DNA of 64,000 nt from Phycisphaerae bacterium (GTDB lineage: Bacteria > Planctomycetota > Phycisphaerae > UBA1845 > Fen-1342): assembly GCA_050115495.1 (NCBI GenBank), contig JASFQK010000008.1:99686-163685 (forward strand), given 5' to 3'. The notes under the pieces are model-generated. The model searched no databases. It was not told the DNA's origin and saw only the letters and a list, made by a program, of their open reading frames with translations. Of this stretch, positions 38,438 to 48,353 are shown piece after piece (within the stretch, counting starts at the first letter, position 1; each line of letters starts with the position of its first letter). A program made the translations under genes and the position numbers.

Positions 38438-38929
38438 GTGTCGGGGACAGGTGAGAACCTTGCTGAGCTACCGGCGCTGGTTACGGTGAGCTGGCTCTGG
38501 CGGAAGCCGGCCAACTCGCGGCAGCGGCGCGAGATTGTTATCGACGCCCGCGCGTTCGCGGAACTGTCGCGTGGTACGTCGGTGGAACGCCGAGGCGTGA
38601 GCTTCGCGCAGTTCGTGCGCTCGCTGGAGGAGGACGCCGTGTTGGCTCGCGGGCGGGAGCGGCTGACGCGGATGCACTTCGTCAGCGCCGACTTCCGCGG
38701 TACGTTCGTGTTTCGCGTCGACGCGGGCGGGCAGGCGTGTCGTTGCGATGTGTGGCGCGAGCCGCGTGCACCGGCTTGGCGCAGAAACTCGCGCCACAGC
38801 TTCGATCAGGCGCGGATGCTCGCCGACTGGCGTGGCCTCCGGCGGCGCCGCCGACTGGCGGACCTGCACGCTGCGGCGGTGCTGCTGCGTTATCGGCTGT
38901 GCGGGTGGCATTCGCTTCGGCGGCCGTAA
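38438..38929 (+). CDS. Hypothetical protein
   Basis: GGAGG RBS + GTG; co-oriented 10 nt upstream of the AlkD-like gene. Confidence 0.55.
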   Translation: MSGTGENLAELPALVTVSWLWRKPANSRQRREIVIDARAFAELSRGTSVERRGVSFAQFVRSLEEDAVLARGRERLTRMHFVSADFRGTFVFRVDAGGQACRCDVWREPRAPAWRRNSRHSFDQARMLADWRGLRRRRRLADLHAAAVLLRYRLCGWHSLRRP

Positions 38930-38939
38930 GGAGCAACTC

Positions 38940-39662
38940 GTGACGCAACGTTCCGACTCCGCCGGCGATGCGTACGCCTGGGATTGCGCCGCGGACGCCG
39001 CCACCGTCGCCGCCGCCATCGCCCGCCGAATTGAGCACCAGCAGGACCGCTCCGGGCCGGTGGTGCACGCCCTGCGTCGCGGTTTCTCGAAGCAGCTCCG
39101 CGATCGCGACGCACGCGACGTGATCCGCATCGCCCTGACGGTCAACGAGCACGATGACCACACCTTCCGCTTCATGGCGGCGGCCCTGGTCTTCCATCAC
39201 CCGGGTGCTCTGGAGCGGCTGTCGCTGAGGACGATCAGGCAGCTTGGCCAGGGGATGGACGGCTGGGGCGACGTGGACGTGTTCGTCGGCTACATCGCCG
39301 GCCCTGCGTGGCGTCTCGGGCGGCTTCGCGACGCCGACATCGAACGCTGGACCCGATCGAAAGACCGCTGGTGGCGGCGGGCGGCTCTGGTGTCCACGGT
39401 GGCGTTGAACCGCAAGTCGATCGGCGGGACGGGCGACGTGCCGCGTACGCTCGCCGTCTGTCGCCGGCTGGCGGACGATGGCGACGACATGGTGATCAAG
39501 GCGCTCTCCTGGGCCCTGCGTGAGTTGATCCCGCACGACGCGGCGGCCGTCCGGCGGTTCCTCGCCCACCACGACGCCGTCCTGGCTCGCCGCGTGGTCC
39601 GCGAGGTGACGTGCAAACTGACGACGGGGCGGAAGACGCCTGTACGTGACGGGGGGCGCTGA
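38940..39662 (+). CDS. DNA alkylation repair protein (AlkD-like HEAT repeat)
   Basis: W.DVD, WTRSKDRWWRRAALV, DDMVIKALSWALREL, KLTTGRK; AAGGAG RBS. Confidence 0.88.
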   Translation: MTQRSDSAGDAYAWDCAADAATVAAAIARRIEHQQDRSGPVVHALRRGFSKQLRDRDARDVIRIALTVNEHDDHTFRFMAAALVFHHPGALERLSLRTIRQLGQGMDGWGDVDVFVGYIAGPAWRLGRLRDADIERWTRSKDRWWRRAALVSTVALNRKSIGGTGDVPRTLAVCRRLADDGDDMVIKALSWALRELIPHDAAAVRRFLAHHDAVLARRVVREVTCKLTTGRKTPVRDGGR

Positions 39663-39753
39663 CGGTATACTGCACAAGGAGGGTGGCGGCTGGACGCCGG
39701 GGTGCGGTGGGCAAGAACTGGGCAAGCGCGTGGTTGCGCACAGGTGTTGCGAA

Positions 39754-40149
39754 ATGGCGGGAATTGTGCGGAGTCTGTCGCCCACAGCGCGGGCCGTGTA
39801 CTGCTTCGCACTGCTCCTGCTCCTGCACGTCGGGCATATCACGCTCGTGGCGACGTTTGCTGAGCGGCAGAAGCTGACGCCGGAGACGGTCGTTCCGACG
39901 GCGATACTGACCAGCTTGCTGCTGGGTGCAGGCGTCTGGGGCCTGCTACGGCTGAGGCGGCGACGTGCGCTGCTGGCTATCGTGGTGGCGTCGTTCCTGC
40001 TGGTCGGTGTGATCGCGACGTTGCCCATACTGGCGGCCCTGTCGGGTGGGGGCCGGTGGATCGTCGTGATCGTGTTGGATGCGGTGTACGTGGTCTGGGC
40101 AGCCATCACGCTGATCACGCTCCTGTCGGTGCGTGAGGTGGCGACATGA
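39754..40149 (+). CDS. Small 4-TM membrane protein
   Basis: Four hydrophobic helices; ATGA overlap with the next gene. Confidence 0.65.
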   Translation: MAGIVRSLSPTARAVYCFALLLLLHVGHITLVATFAERQKLTPETVVPTAILTSLLLGAGVWGLLRLRRRRALLAIVVASFLLVGVIATLPILAALSGGGRWIVVIVLDAVYVVWAAITLITLLSVREVAT

Positions 40150-40859
40150 CGAGTTGGCATATCCGATCGGCAGGACTGGATCCCCGGCAAGTTCGCGAGG
40201 GTTTCATCGACGACTGCGGTCGCATGAGGCGAGATCGTGCGAGCAGGGTGCATGCGTTCGCGCGGATCGTGCTTCCCTTGGCGATTTGCTGTGCGATCGG
40301 AGTCGCGTTGCCGGAAGCACTGAACTTGCCGGCGTGGGGCTGCTGGATCGTCTGGGGCGGCTGCATCATGGTGGGCGGAGCACTCGGTGGTTTGTGGGCC
40401 GACCGATACCGGCGGCGCGTATTGCCGGCGACGTTGCAGCGAGAAGAGCGATGCACGCGCCTGGAGCACAGCGCGGGTTTGCCTGACCTGTGGGGAGTCG
40501 ACGACCCCCACGTGCGCAGGTCCATCCGGCGGGCGTGTCTGCTGAGGACATGTTCGATAGGGTACCTGGCCTTGTCGGCCGGGATTGCCGGCTCGGTCGC
40601 CCTGCTGGCGGCGCTTCTCGTGGACTTCCTCATGTGGCATGGCTGGCGCGAGTATCTCGCGTTCTTGGTTACCGTGGGCCCCGCCGTCGCGTTGTTGTCG
40701 ATCTGGCATGCGCGACGGGTCAGCAAGGTGTGCCCCGCCATCCTGGCAGTGATGGGGCGCTGTACGAACTGCGGCTACCAACTCGACCTCCAGATGAACG
40801 GGAGGTGTCCAGAATGTGGGCAGGAAAGGTGCCGAGCCGAGCATGAACATACGCCTTGA
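40146..40859 (+). CDS. Membrane protein with C-terminal zinc ribbon
   Basis: 4 TM + CTNCGYQLDLQMNGRCPECG. Confidence 0.75.
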   Translation: MTSWHIRSAGLDPRQVREGFIDDCGRMRRDRASRVHAFARIVLPLAICCAIGVALPEALNLPAWGCWIVWGGCIMVGGALGGLWADRYRRRVLPATLQREERCTRLEHSAGLPDLWGVDDPHVRRSIRRACLLRTCSIGYLALSAGIAGSVALLAALLVDFLMWHGWREYLAFLVTVGPAVALLSIWHARRVSKVCPAILAVMGRCTNCGYQLDLQMNGRCPECGQERCRAEHEHTP

Positions 40860-40936
40860 TCGGGAGCCGCGGCGGGTTCGAGCGCCAGTATGCATCGCAC
40901 AACGCCTTGCTGGTTTGTCTTCGTTAGACTGCCGGA

Positions 40937-41491
40937 GTGACCGTATGGGATGCTCTTCCGCGTAAGGTGAGTGGTGACGTGAGCGAGTGGACTCCTTCGA
41001 TATATCGGGTCTGGCGCGGTCTTCGGTGGGTCGGTGCCGTTGGGATGACGTTATCGGCCTACGTTCTGCTGTATAAGGCTGGTGTCCTCAGATTGCGGCT
41101 GTTCGCCGGAGTGGACGGCTTCGATCTTGCAGCCCCGGAGGCGTGGCTGGTTCTCGTGTATCTGTTCGGCGCCGGTCTGTTCCTCAATTGGGTTTCGTAC
41201 GGGTGGGTGCGCGTCAGCGACGATGGGATCACCTGCTACTATCCGGGGCGGTCCCGCACAATCCGCTGGTGCGATGTGAGGGCGCGGCGCGTGTATCCAC
41301 GAAACGGGGATCTTGTGCTTCGGTCCAGAGATGTGCGCATGCATCTGGATTGGTGGTTTCGCGGTTTGCCTTCGCTGAAGCGTGACGTGGAGGAGCGTCT
41401 TGCGGCAGCCCGCCCGGAGCTGATCGAACGCAGCACGAGGCGAAGAGCGTGGCACGCGCCATGGGGCGTGGACGAACCCAGGCTGGATTGA
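40937..41491 (+). CDS. 2-TM + bacterial PH-like domain protein
   Basis: TM pair, then VRVSDDGIT...RTIRWCDV. Confidence 0.7.
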   Translation: MTVWDALPRKVSGDVSEWTPSIYRVWRGLRWVGAVGMTLSAYVLLYKAGVLRLRLFAGVDGFDLAAPEAWLVLVYLFGAGLFLNWVSYGWVRVSDDGITCYYPGRSRTIRWCDVRARRVYPRNGDLVLRSRDVRMHLDWWFRGLPSLKRDVEERLAAARPELIERSTRRRAWHAPWGVDEPRLD

Positions 41492-41650
41492 AACGCCGAT
41501 CGGCGACCTCGGTGCCTTTCCGGCGTTCCCGACAGCCCGCAGGCCGACTTTCCTCTTTCGGCGGGCTTCAGTAGGATAATCTGTACCGTGCACGCCGGGT
41601 GGACAGGGAACCGGCGCGTCCGGCGAGGGTGGTCGTCAGAGGTGGGCCAC

Positions 41651-42208
41651 ATGCGCGAAGCAGATTGGATACGTCAGTACCAGGGGCTGATCGCCCTGTG
41701 CAGGTGTCACGTTGCGACGCTGGCGGGCCTCGCGCTTCTGTTCGTCAGCCCGCTCGTGCTCCTGGACGAGAGCATGGACCGCGATTTGCGGTATGTCGTG
41801 TGTGTGTACGGCTTGGCAATGGGCTGTGCGTTCATCGTCATGGAGATCATGGCGTGGGTGTACGCGGCGTCGGTAGGGCAGGCGCTTGCCCTGGGCGGTG
41901 GGCCGATCGGGCCGGTCGTGGGAGAGGCAAAAGTGAAGAAGGGCTATGAGAGGTTTGTCTGGTTCGCGTCGCACCGGTGGCTTTACACGTTGTGCATGAC
42001 GGCAGGTGGCGCCCTTGGGATCGTGGGTGTCGCGACGATGTACGCCCTGCGCAGCCTGGGTGTCGGTGTGACGGCATCCATAGCCGCAGCGCTGGCGGTG
42101 CTGTTCATCGCGCTGCTGTTCGTCCTGGTCGCGTGCCTGCAGCGCTGCGCGTCGGACATCGTGGAGCGGCTGGACGACCTGGCTGCTCGGTTGGAGCAGC
42201 AGCCGTAG
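41651..42208 (+). CDS. Small 4-TM membrane protein
   Basis: Hydrophobic helices; GAGGT RBS. Confidence 0.7.
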   Translation: MREADWIRQYQGLIALCRCHVATLAGLALLFVSPLVLLDESMDRDLRYVVCVYGLAMGCAFIVMEIMAWVYAASVGQALALGGGPIGPVVGEAKVKKGYERFVWFASHRWLYTLCMTAGGALGIVGVATMYALRSLGVGVTASIAAALAVLFIALLFVLVACLQRCASDIVERLDDLAARLEQQP

Positions 42209-42325
42209 CGCGGGTTACGCCCACGCTCAGTGGAGTATGCGACATGGTCAGCCGCTGCAATCTCGCACGTGAAGAACGGCAACCTCTGATCGCGCGCTGC
42301 GCGCCATGTGTTGAGGAGGATGCCA

Positions 42326-42667
42326 ATGCCGAGCTTCCTGGCTTGGTCGCTGGCTGTCGCGTTGTCGCTGATCTTCCTTGCGAGTGCCGTGACCAATCTG
42401 ATCGTCTTCTACCACATCCGTTTCCGGCGAGAGTACCATTCGTTTCTCGGCATCGTCGGCGGAATCGCCGGCATGCTCGCCATCCTCATTGTGCCGCTGC
42501 CCGGGGTACGCCCATATTGGTGTGTGCCGCTCTTCGCGGACATCGGCACCACGCCGCTTCTGATTGTGACGTTGATCTATTACATCTGTAGGGCGGTGGA
42601 ATCGCGGCGGGAGGAGCAGGGCCCCGAAAATCCCGAATCCGGCCCACACACCGGCGAATCCCCATGA
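42326..42667 (+). CDS. Small 3-TM membrane protein
   Basis: GAGGAGG RBS; hydrophobic helices. Confidence 0.7.
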   Translation: MPSFLAWSLAVALSLIFLASAVTNLIVFYHIRFRREYHSFLGIVGGIAGMLAILIVPLPGVRPYWCVPLFADIGTTPLLIVTLIYYICRAVESRREEQGPENPESGPHTGESP

Positions 42668-42784
42668 ATACCTGGACACGCGCGAATCGACGTTCGTCAG
42701 GCTGCGTGGGCAGTGATACAGTTGTGTATCGCCTCTGCATCGTTTCGGTGGCGTGCCTGAGAGGTTGGTTTCCACGGTGAGGCA

Positions 42785-43126
42785 ATGGAACGCTACGAGT
42801 TCAACCCCAAGAAGTGCTACATAACGAGTGCGTGGGTGGAGCGCGCCGTGGCCGAAAGCGCTGCGCAGGAAATCGCCGCGCTCGATGGGCTGATCCGCTT
42901 CGAAGAGCTGGACTCAGAGGACAAAATGGTCCGACGCAGATGGCTAGCGTGGTTGCCGTCGGGCGGATTGGGTGTGTGCCTCGGTTGGAACGAGGCCAGA
43001 AAGCAGTGGTTCGCCAGCGTCTGGGCCGATCCCCCCAACCCTGAGATGATCGCTGCGGCCGACGGACTAGCAGACCGTCTGGCGGCGGAGGGCAGCGAAC
43101 GGCTCAGAGGCCGGACACGAGAGTAA
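42785..43126 (+). CDS. Small soluble hypothetical protein
   Basis: 113-aa ORF with GAGG RBS, globular composition. Confidence 0.65.
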   Translation: MERYEFNPKKCYITSAWVERAVAESAAQEIAALDGLIRFEELDSEDKMVRRRWLAWLPSGGLGVCLGWNEARKQWFASVWADPPNPEMIAAADGLADRLAAEGSERLRGRTRE

Positions 43127-43226
43127 CGTGCCCCGGCCGCCCGCCGATTGACGCAGGCGGACTTCGCCAAGGGTACGAAGATGGTGTGTTACACCTTCGG
43201 CCCGCCACGTAGGAAGAGGTTGCGAG

Positions 43227-43589
43227 ATGAAGGGCGGTGATCGCAGAGTCCGCGTGCGTTGGTGGTTGCTCGCCGCTTACGTGCTCATTTGCTCCATGGG
43301 GGCGTCGTACTCCGCCGCGTACATGCTGGCGCTCCAGACCAAACGGCCGGTTCGGCTCTTGGGTACTTGCCTGTTCGTAGGACTGAGTGCCATCTGGCTG
43401 ACCATCGTGTTCACGGGGCCGTTAACGGAGGCGATTCGGGGCCGCTTGGAACGAAGGGGACCGGCGCGCAAGTCGAAGGCTCCGCAGTGCATTGCCTGGC
43501 TCGTGTGGATGCTCCTGCTAGCCTCCGGATTCGCCGTTATGTTCGGCGCGATATTCGCCGGCGCGAGCATGCAGTCGGCTGCTGGTTGA
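43227..43589 (+). CDS. Small 3-TM membrane protein
   Basis: GAGGT RBS; hydrophobic helices. Confidence 0.7.
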   Translation: MKGGDRRVRVRWWLLAAYVLICSMGASYSAAYMLALQTKRPVRLLGTCLFVGLSAIWLTIVFTGPLTEAIRGRLERRGPARKSKAPQCIAWLVWMLLLASGFAVMFGAIFAGASMQSAAG

Positions 43590-43759
43590 GTTCGCGGTAA
43601 TGAGGGTTGGACGGGTGGTCGGGAGTTTGAGGACACTTACGAATCGTCGCTCTGTGCGTGGCCGTGACGCCGGCAGGCTTGCGCGTGAGCGCGGCGTTCG
43701 GCGAGCGCACCGCGACGTGTCCCGGACTCGGCGCGCCGTCCATGGAACAGGAGTCCTGC

Positions 43760-44095
43760 ATGATTGGGAAGTTGAGTCCGCGAGATGAGGAGCTGCTCCG
43801 TCTGGCCAGGCGAGAGCGAGCACGGGGTGCCGGGCCGTCTCCGTGGATCGTCTTCGGCGCTGTGGTCGTTGCAGTAGGTCTGATGGCGTACGCGACGCCG
43901 TGGGACTGGTCGCAAGCAGAGACGCCACGCACCGTCGCTTTCCTGGTCATCGTGTGTACCGCCATCTGGCTTCAGGTCTCGTACGGGCGCCTCCGACACG
44001 ACGCCCTGTCGCTGATCCGGCGGCTCGCGGACGAGCGAGATGCTCGCGACCAGAAGGACGCTGGTCAGGCGGAACAGCCACGGACGACGGCCTAG
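43760..44095 (+). CDS. Small 2-TM membrane protein
   Basis: AGGAG RBS; two hydrophobic helices. Confidence 0.65.
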   Translation: MIGKLSPRDEELLRLARRERARGAGPSPWIVFGAVVVAVGLMAYATPWDWSQAETPRTVAFLVIVCTAIWLQVSYGRLRHDALSLIRRLADERDARDQKDAGQAEQPRTTA

Positions 44096-44146
44096 CCGCC
44101 AGGTTGAGGGCGGGCAAGCAGGGGTTGGTTCCAGGTGATCGCCGAT

Positions 44147-44197
44147 CAACTCTGGACCGATCAGACGGGGCTGTTGGCCTGCGGCGACTTCACGACG
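44147..44197 (+). repeat. Rhs core relic B
   Basis: Translates QLWTDQTGLLACGDFTT versus QLWTDQTGLLPWGDFTT at 32119..32169. Confidence 0.85.
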
Positions 44198-44430
44198 CAC
44201 GACAGCCGTGACGCTGTTGAATTCACGCACTTCCTGGCGGCTCTTGGCGTCCACGGGCGCCGAATGTAACATTGTGCGCGCGAGGTGGACCCGGGCGGGT
44301 GGCCGCGTCGCGCCGAACCGGTCGGCGTATCTTTGCCGAAGGATCGCACCATCGACCTTCGGCCGCCGACGGGAGCGGTGCCGGGTGGGTGGATCATGGA
44401 GTAAGTTCTGGCAGCGGGAGGGTTTGTGCG

Positions 44431-44886
44431 ATGTTGAGTCGCCGGAACGTGATCATCATCGGTATCGGTGTGGCGGTCGTGCTGGTGGTCGTGGTCGCCA
44501 CGATGTGGTGGGGCCACGCAACTGCGATGAAGCGTGAAGCCGTGGCCTTCGCCGAGGCGCATTTGGCCAGGATCAGCGAGACGTGGGAGGCCGATGACCT
44601 CTGGGCGGACACGACGACCGACTTCAAGTCGCGCCTCACGCAGGAGGGCCTTGAGCAAAGCGCGGCGGCCTGTCGGAAGGAACTGGGGCGGTTCGAGTCG
44701 CTCGAGGTCGTGGGGTGGCAGACGCAATCAATGGTGTCGACCGGGTCCGGCAGAGAAACGATCGTTGTGCTGAACGCGTACGGCAATTTCGAGAAGGCGT
44801 CCCGGCGGCAGATACAGTACCGGCTGGTCAAGCGCGGCGGTTCGTGGCTCATCGACAATCTCAGGATCCAGACCGAAGACGGTTAG
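44431..44886 (+). CDS. Membrane-anchored NTF2-like (DUF3887/DUF4019-like) protein
   Basis: N-terminal TM, then ..ELGRFES...YGNFEK...LVKRGGSWLID; GGGAGG RBS. Confidence 0.6.
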   Translation: MLSRRNVIIIGIGVAVVLVVVVATMWWGHATAMKREAVAFAEAHLARISETWEADDLWADTTTDFKSRLTQEGLEQSAAACRKELGRFESLEVVGWQTQSMVSTGSGRETIVVLNAYGNFEKASRRQIQYRLVKRGGSWLIDNLRIQTEDG

Positions 44887-45038
44887 GACACCGCCGCCTC
44901 GCCGACGAGCCAGCCGGCCGCGGTGCCCAGAGGCCAGAGCAGGCGGCGTCCGTCGCGTAGCCGGCCGCCGGCAACCTCGCGGGCACGACGCCGACTTGTC
45001 GCCACGATTAGGCTCACGCAGGAAGGGCAGGGCATCGC

Positions 45039-45878
45039 GTGACGCGAAAGGTTCAATACTGCGAGTTCCAACCCGTTCGCGGGGATGTGGACGTCACAAT
45101 CTTGGCGCGCATGCTGCCGCTCCAGTTGCTCGCGACGGCTATGTTGGTGTGCGTCCTGGGCGCCTTGCTACTCGATCACGCCGCGGGAATGTCGCTGATG
45201 CATCCCACGCTGCGTGTATTCCACTGGCTCTTTGGCCCGGTCTGCGCATACGTGCTGGTACGCCTGCTGTGGTTCTGGGCTGGACGCCCGAAGCGTGGCA
45301 TCGGCGGCGCACCGGCGGCATCCACCGAGAGTGGCGTCGTGTGCGTAGGCGCACCCAGGCAACTCGCGTTGTGCGAGCAGCTCGACGACTACCCCCGCGA
45401 GCCGCTCGTGTGCTGGGCAGGCCCCGTGCTCATCAGGCCGACGAAGTTCGCGCGGATGCTGATGGGCGTGATAGGCCTTGCCTGTCTCGCTGGCGGGGCC
45501 ATGGTCAACTACCTGCTCACCGGATCCGTGTTGGGTGGTTCGATCGCTGTTTTCTCGTTGGCGGGAATGCTCGTCGCTCCTCTCGCGGCTGCCTGCCTCT
45601 GCCCCACGTACGTGCGCGTGACACCCGGCAGCCTGGAGATCCTCCACTACAGCCCGCGCCCCGAGCGTCCATCTGCTCATTACCGCTACGACCTGACCAC
45701 GTGCGATGTGATTGTGAACCTGCGCGACTGGACCATACACGTGCGCAGCGGGCAGGACACGCTCGTCGTGCCGATCATGTTCGTACGCGGACGCGCACAG
45801 CTTGCGCAGCGCGTACTACTGGCTGCGGTCTCGACCTGGCGACCGCCTCCACTTCCCGACACCACGCTGCTGGGATGA
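45039..45878 (+). CDS. Membrane protein with C-terminal PH-like domain
   Basis: Four TM helices, then YVRVTPGSLEIL..RYDLTTCDVIV; architecture resembles 58876..59646. Confidence 0.6.
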   Translation: MTRKVQYCEFQPVRGDVDVTILARMLPLQLLATAMLVCVLGALLLDHAAGMSLMHPTLRVFHWLFGPVCAYVLVRLLWFWAGRPKRGIGGAPAASTESGVVCVGAPRQLALCEQLDDYPREPLVCWAGPVLIRPTKFARMLMGVIGLACLAGGAMVNYLLTGSVLGGSIAVFSLAGMLVAPLAAACLCPTYVRVTPGSLEILHYSPRPERPSAHYRYDLTTCDVIVNLRDWTIHVRSGQDTLVVPIMFVRGRAQLAQRVLLAAVSTWRPPPLPDTTLLG

Positions 45879-46158
45879 CGCGTGCTGCCCATCCCGGCGG
45901 CGTCGCACGACCACCGGATCAAGGCGCGGCAGTACGTGGCTTGTCGGCGGGTGCATCGTCAGGTTCGGAAACGGCCAGGGAACCACCCGCCTCGGGCCCG
46001 GGGGCCTGATTATCGGTCGAACTACGTTTTCCGATCGGCTCGTCCGCCGTGCCGGCGTGCACGCGTCGAAGGCACGCGCCGAGAACACCGATACAAGGAC
46101 GGCGGACTGTTTTCGTGTCGCCCCGTTCAAGCCCGGCAGCTATCAACAGGTGTCCACG

Positions 46159-47367
46159 ATGGCCAAATCCTTGTGCATCGCTCTGTACGACGAGACGCAG
46201 TCGACCGACACGCCTTTTCGCACGCCGTTCGAGCAGCTCCAGGGGCTCGAAATCGCCGGCGAGTGCGCGAACTGGCAGGAATTGCAGGTGCTGCTCAGCG
46301 TCACGCACGTGGACGCCGTCGTCGTCAACCTGGACCACGACGAGAACCGCGGCCAGGCGTACGTGCTCCGCCGGATCTCCGAGGTGGCTCCGCAGTGCGG
46401 GATTATCGGCGTCAGCCGCAGCGCGGACCCGGACGCGATCATCCAGGCCATGCGCGAAGGCTGCCAGCAGTTCGTCCGCTGGCCCGTCGAGCCGGAAGAC
46501 CTGCGCTCGGCCCTCGATCGCGTCGCCCGCGCTCGTATGCCGGTCGGCACGCGCTGCCGGACGATCGGCGTCGTCGGCGCCTCCGGCGGCTCCGGGGCGA
46601 CGACCGTCGCCTGCAACCTGGCGATCGAGCTCGCCCAACTGACGGATCTCGAGTGCGCCCTCGTCGACATGGACCTGCAATACGGCGACGTGGCCTGCGC
46701 CTTCGACATCAAGCAGCGCTACTCCGTGGCGGACGTCTGCGAGACGGGCATCGAGATCGACCGCTCCTCGCTGGAGAACGCGCTGACCAAGCTGCCCACC
46801 AATGTCTCCGTCCTGGGCCGCCCGGAGGACATGAGCCAGGCCGAGGGGGTCGATCCGGACGGCTTGGCGCAGATGTTCCGCCTGTTGCGGCAGATGTTCC
46901 CCTTCGCCGTCGTGGACATCCCCCGCTACTTCTCGCCGATCACCCACTGCGCCCTGGACAACGTGGACCGCGTGCTGATCGTGACGCAGCTCTCCGTGCC
47001 GCAGATCAACCACGCCACGCGCATCTACCAGTCCCTGCTCCGCTGGGGGGCGATGGAGGAGCAGATCGAGGTCGTGCTCAACCGCTGCAACGCCAACTTC
47101 GAGCGCATCCGGCCGGAGGAGGTCGAGGCACACTTCCGCCGACCGGTGTTCGCGGTGATCCCCAACGACTACAAGCGCATCGGCGCCTCGCGCGACCACG
47201 GCCATCCCCTGATGGCCGCCTCCGCCAACAGCCCCGCCCGCCTGGCCATTCAGGACCTGGCCCGGCGTCTGGCGGGCGAGCACCTGGGCGAAGAGCAGTT
47301 GCGCACCGACAAGGCCGGCCTGTTCAGCATCTTCCGCCGTCGGCGAGGCTCGGTTCCGACCACATAG
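46159..47367 (+). CDS. cpaE: CpaE/TadZ-like receiver domain + MinD/ParA-type ATPase
   Basis: Degenerate REC domain (IQAMREGCQQFV..P), GASGGSGATTVACNLA, LVDMDLQYGD, VVDIP, VLNR, IPNDY. Confidence 0.85.
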   Translation: MAKSLCIALYDETQSTDTPFRTPFEQLQGLEIAGECANWQELQVLLSVTHVDAVVVNLDHDENRGQAYVLRRISEVAPQCGIIGVSRSADPDAIIQAMREGCQQFVRWPVEPEDLRSALDRVARARMPVGTRCRTIGVVGASGGSGATTVACNLAIELAQLTDLECALVDMDLQYGDVACAFDIKQRYSVADVCETGIEIDRSSLENALTKLPTNVSVLGRPEDMSQAEGVDPDGLAQMFRLLRQMFPFAVVDIPRYFSPITHCALDNVDRVLIVTQLSVPQINHATRIYQSLLRWGAMEEQIEVVLNRCNANFERIRPEEVEAHFRRPVFAVIPNDYKRIGASRDHGHPLMAASANSPARLAIQDLARRLAGEHLGEEQLRTDKAGLFSIFRRRRGSVPTT

Positions 47368-47594
47368 GCCATCCGTTACGCCTGCCCCAGACGACCGTAG
47401 TGAGAGCCCGACGCGGCGCACACGAAGTGCGCGCCCGCCGAGTCTGGGCGCGTGCACAAGCTAACCCGAGCTGCGCCGGCGATGGAGTCTACTGGCGGCA
47501 GACGATACAATACGGTCACCAGCAATGGGGCTGTCGTGCAAGCGGCCGGCGCAGGATGGAGTATGGCCGCCGATTCCTGAGGGTTCGTGGGGCT

Positions 47595-47828
47595 ATGGAC
47601 ACGTTTCTCAGACACATCCATGCCGACCTCAGCCTTGAGGTCGTTCTGGTCATTGCGGTTGTCGCCGCGCTGGTGACCGCCGTCATGGCGTATCGCTCCC
47701 GGCGGGCGGCGCGTAGTGGGGCGGCACCATGGGGACGCCGGCGGGTGGCCATCGCCGGCTACTGGGCGGTGGCGTTTGTCGCGCTACTGACGTTGCGCGT
47801 GCTGAGTCACTCGATCGTGGCTGCGTGA
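47595..47828 (+). CDS. Small 2-TM membrane protein
   Basis: Tail of a track ORF: MDTFLRHIHADLSLEVVLVIAVVAALV...YWAVAFVALL. Confidence 0.55.
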   Translation: MDTFLRHIHADLSLEVVLVIAVVAALVTAVMAYRSRRAARSGAAPWGRRRVAIAGYWAVAFVALLTLRVLSHSIVAA

Positions 47829-47881
47829 TACCGTGAAGCGGAGGGCTTGCGGTGGGCGATGACCGGCCGGAACGGTTTTCC

Positions 47882-48301
47882 ATGAGCCTGGGGGCTCGGG
47901 TGGCGGGGATTCTGGGGGCCGCCACGAGCGCCGGCTGCGTGGTGGGAGTGGTCATCGCCGTCTTCGGGCACGGTTGGGCGGCACCGGGCGTGTGGGGCTG
48001 GTTGATTGCCGCGGTGACGTGCCTGCTCGGTCCGTACCTTCTGAGCATCTCGTTCGCGTATGTTGAGATCACGAACGAGGGTATCACCCGGCGTCATCGC
48101 CTGGGGCGATGCGAACTGCGCTGGTCGGACGTGACCGAGGTCCGCGATTGCCCCCGCAAGAAACACATGCTCATCTCCTCGCCCGACGACCACATCGAGA
48201 TCGACGAGCAATACGAGCACTGGGACCGGCTCAGAGAAGCTGTTCTCACGCGGTTCGGCACCGGCGCCGCCAGTGCGAGCGTCCTCGTGGAAGTGCCCTG
48301 A
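47882..48301 (+). CDS. 2-TM + bacterial PH-like domain protein
   Basis: TM pair, then VEITNEGITRR...ELRWSDVTEV. Confidence 0.7.
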   Translation: MSLGARVAGILGAATSAGCVVGVVIAVFGHGWAAPGVWGWLIAAVTCLLGPYLLSISFAYVEITNEGITRRHRLGRCELRWSDVTEVRDCPRKKHMLISSPDDHIEIDEQYEHWDRLREAVLTRFGTGAASASVLVEVP

Positions 48302-48353
48302 CCGCGCCGGTCGAGTACGGACACGCCGGGTGCCGTTCGGCGCCATCGCACGC

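Noticed and set aside
39754..45878. Integron cassette array
   Set aside because: No recurring attC-like inverted repeats were seen in the spacers and no integrase is in the window.
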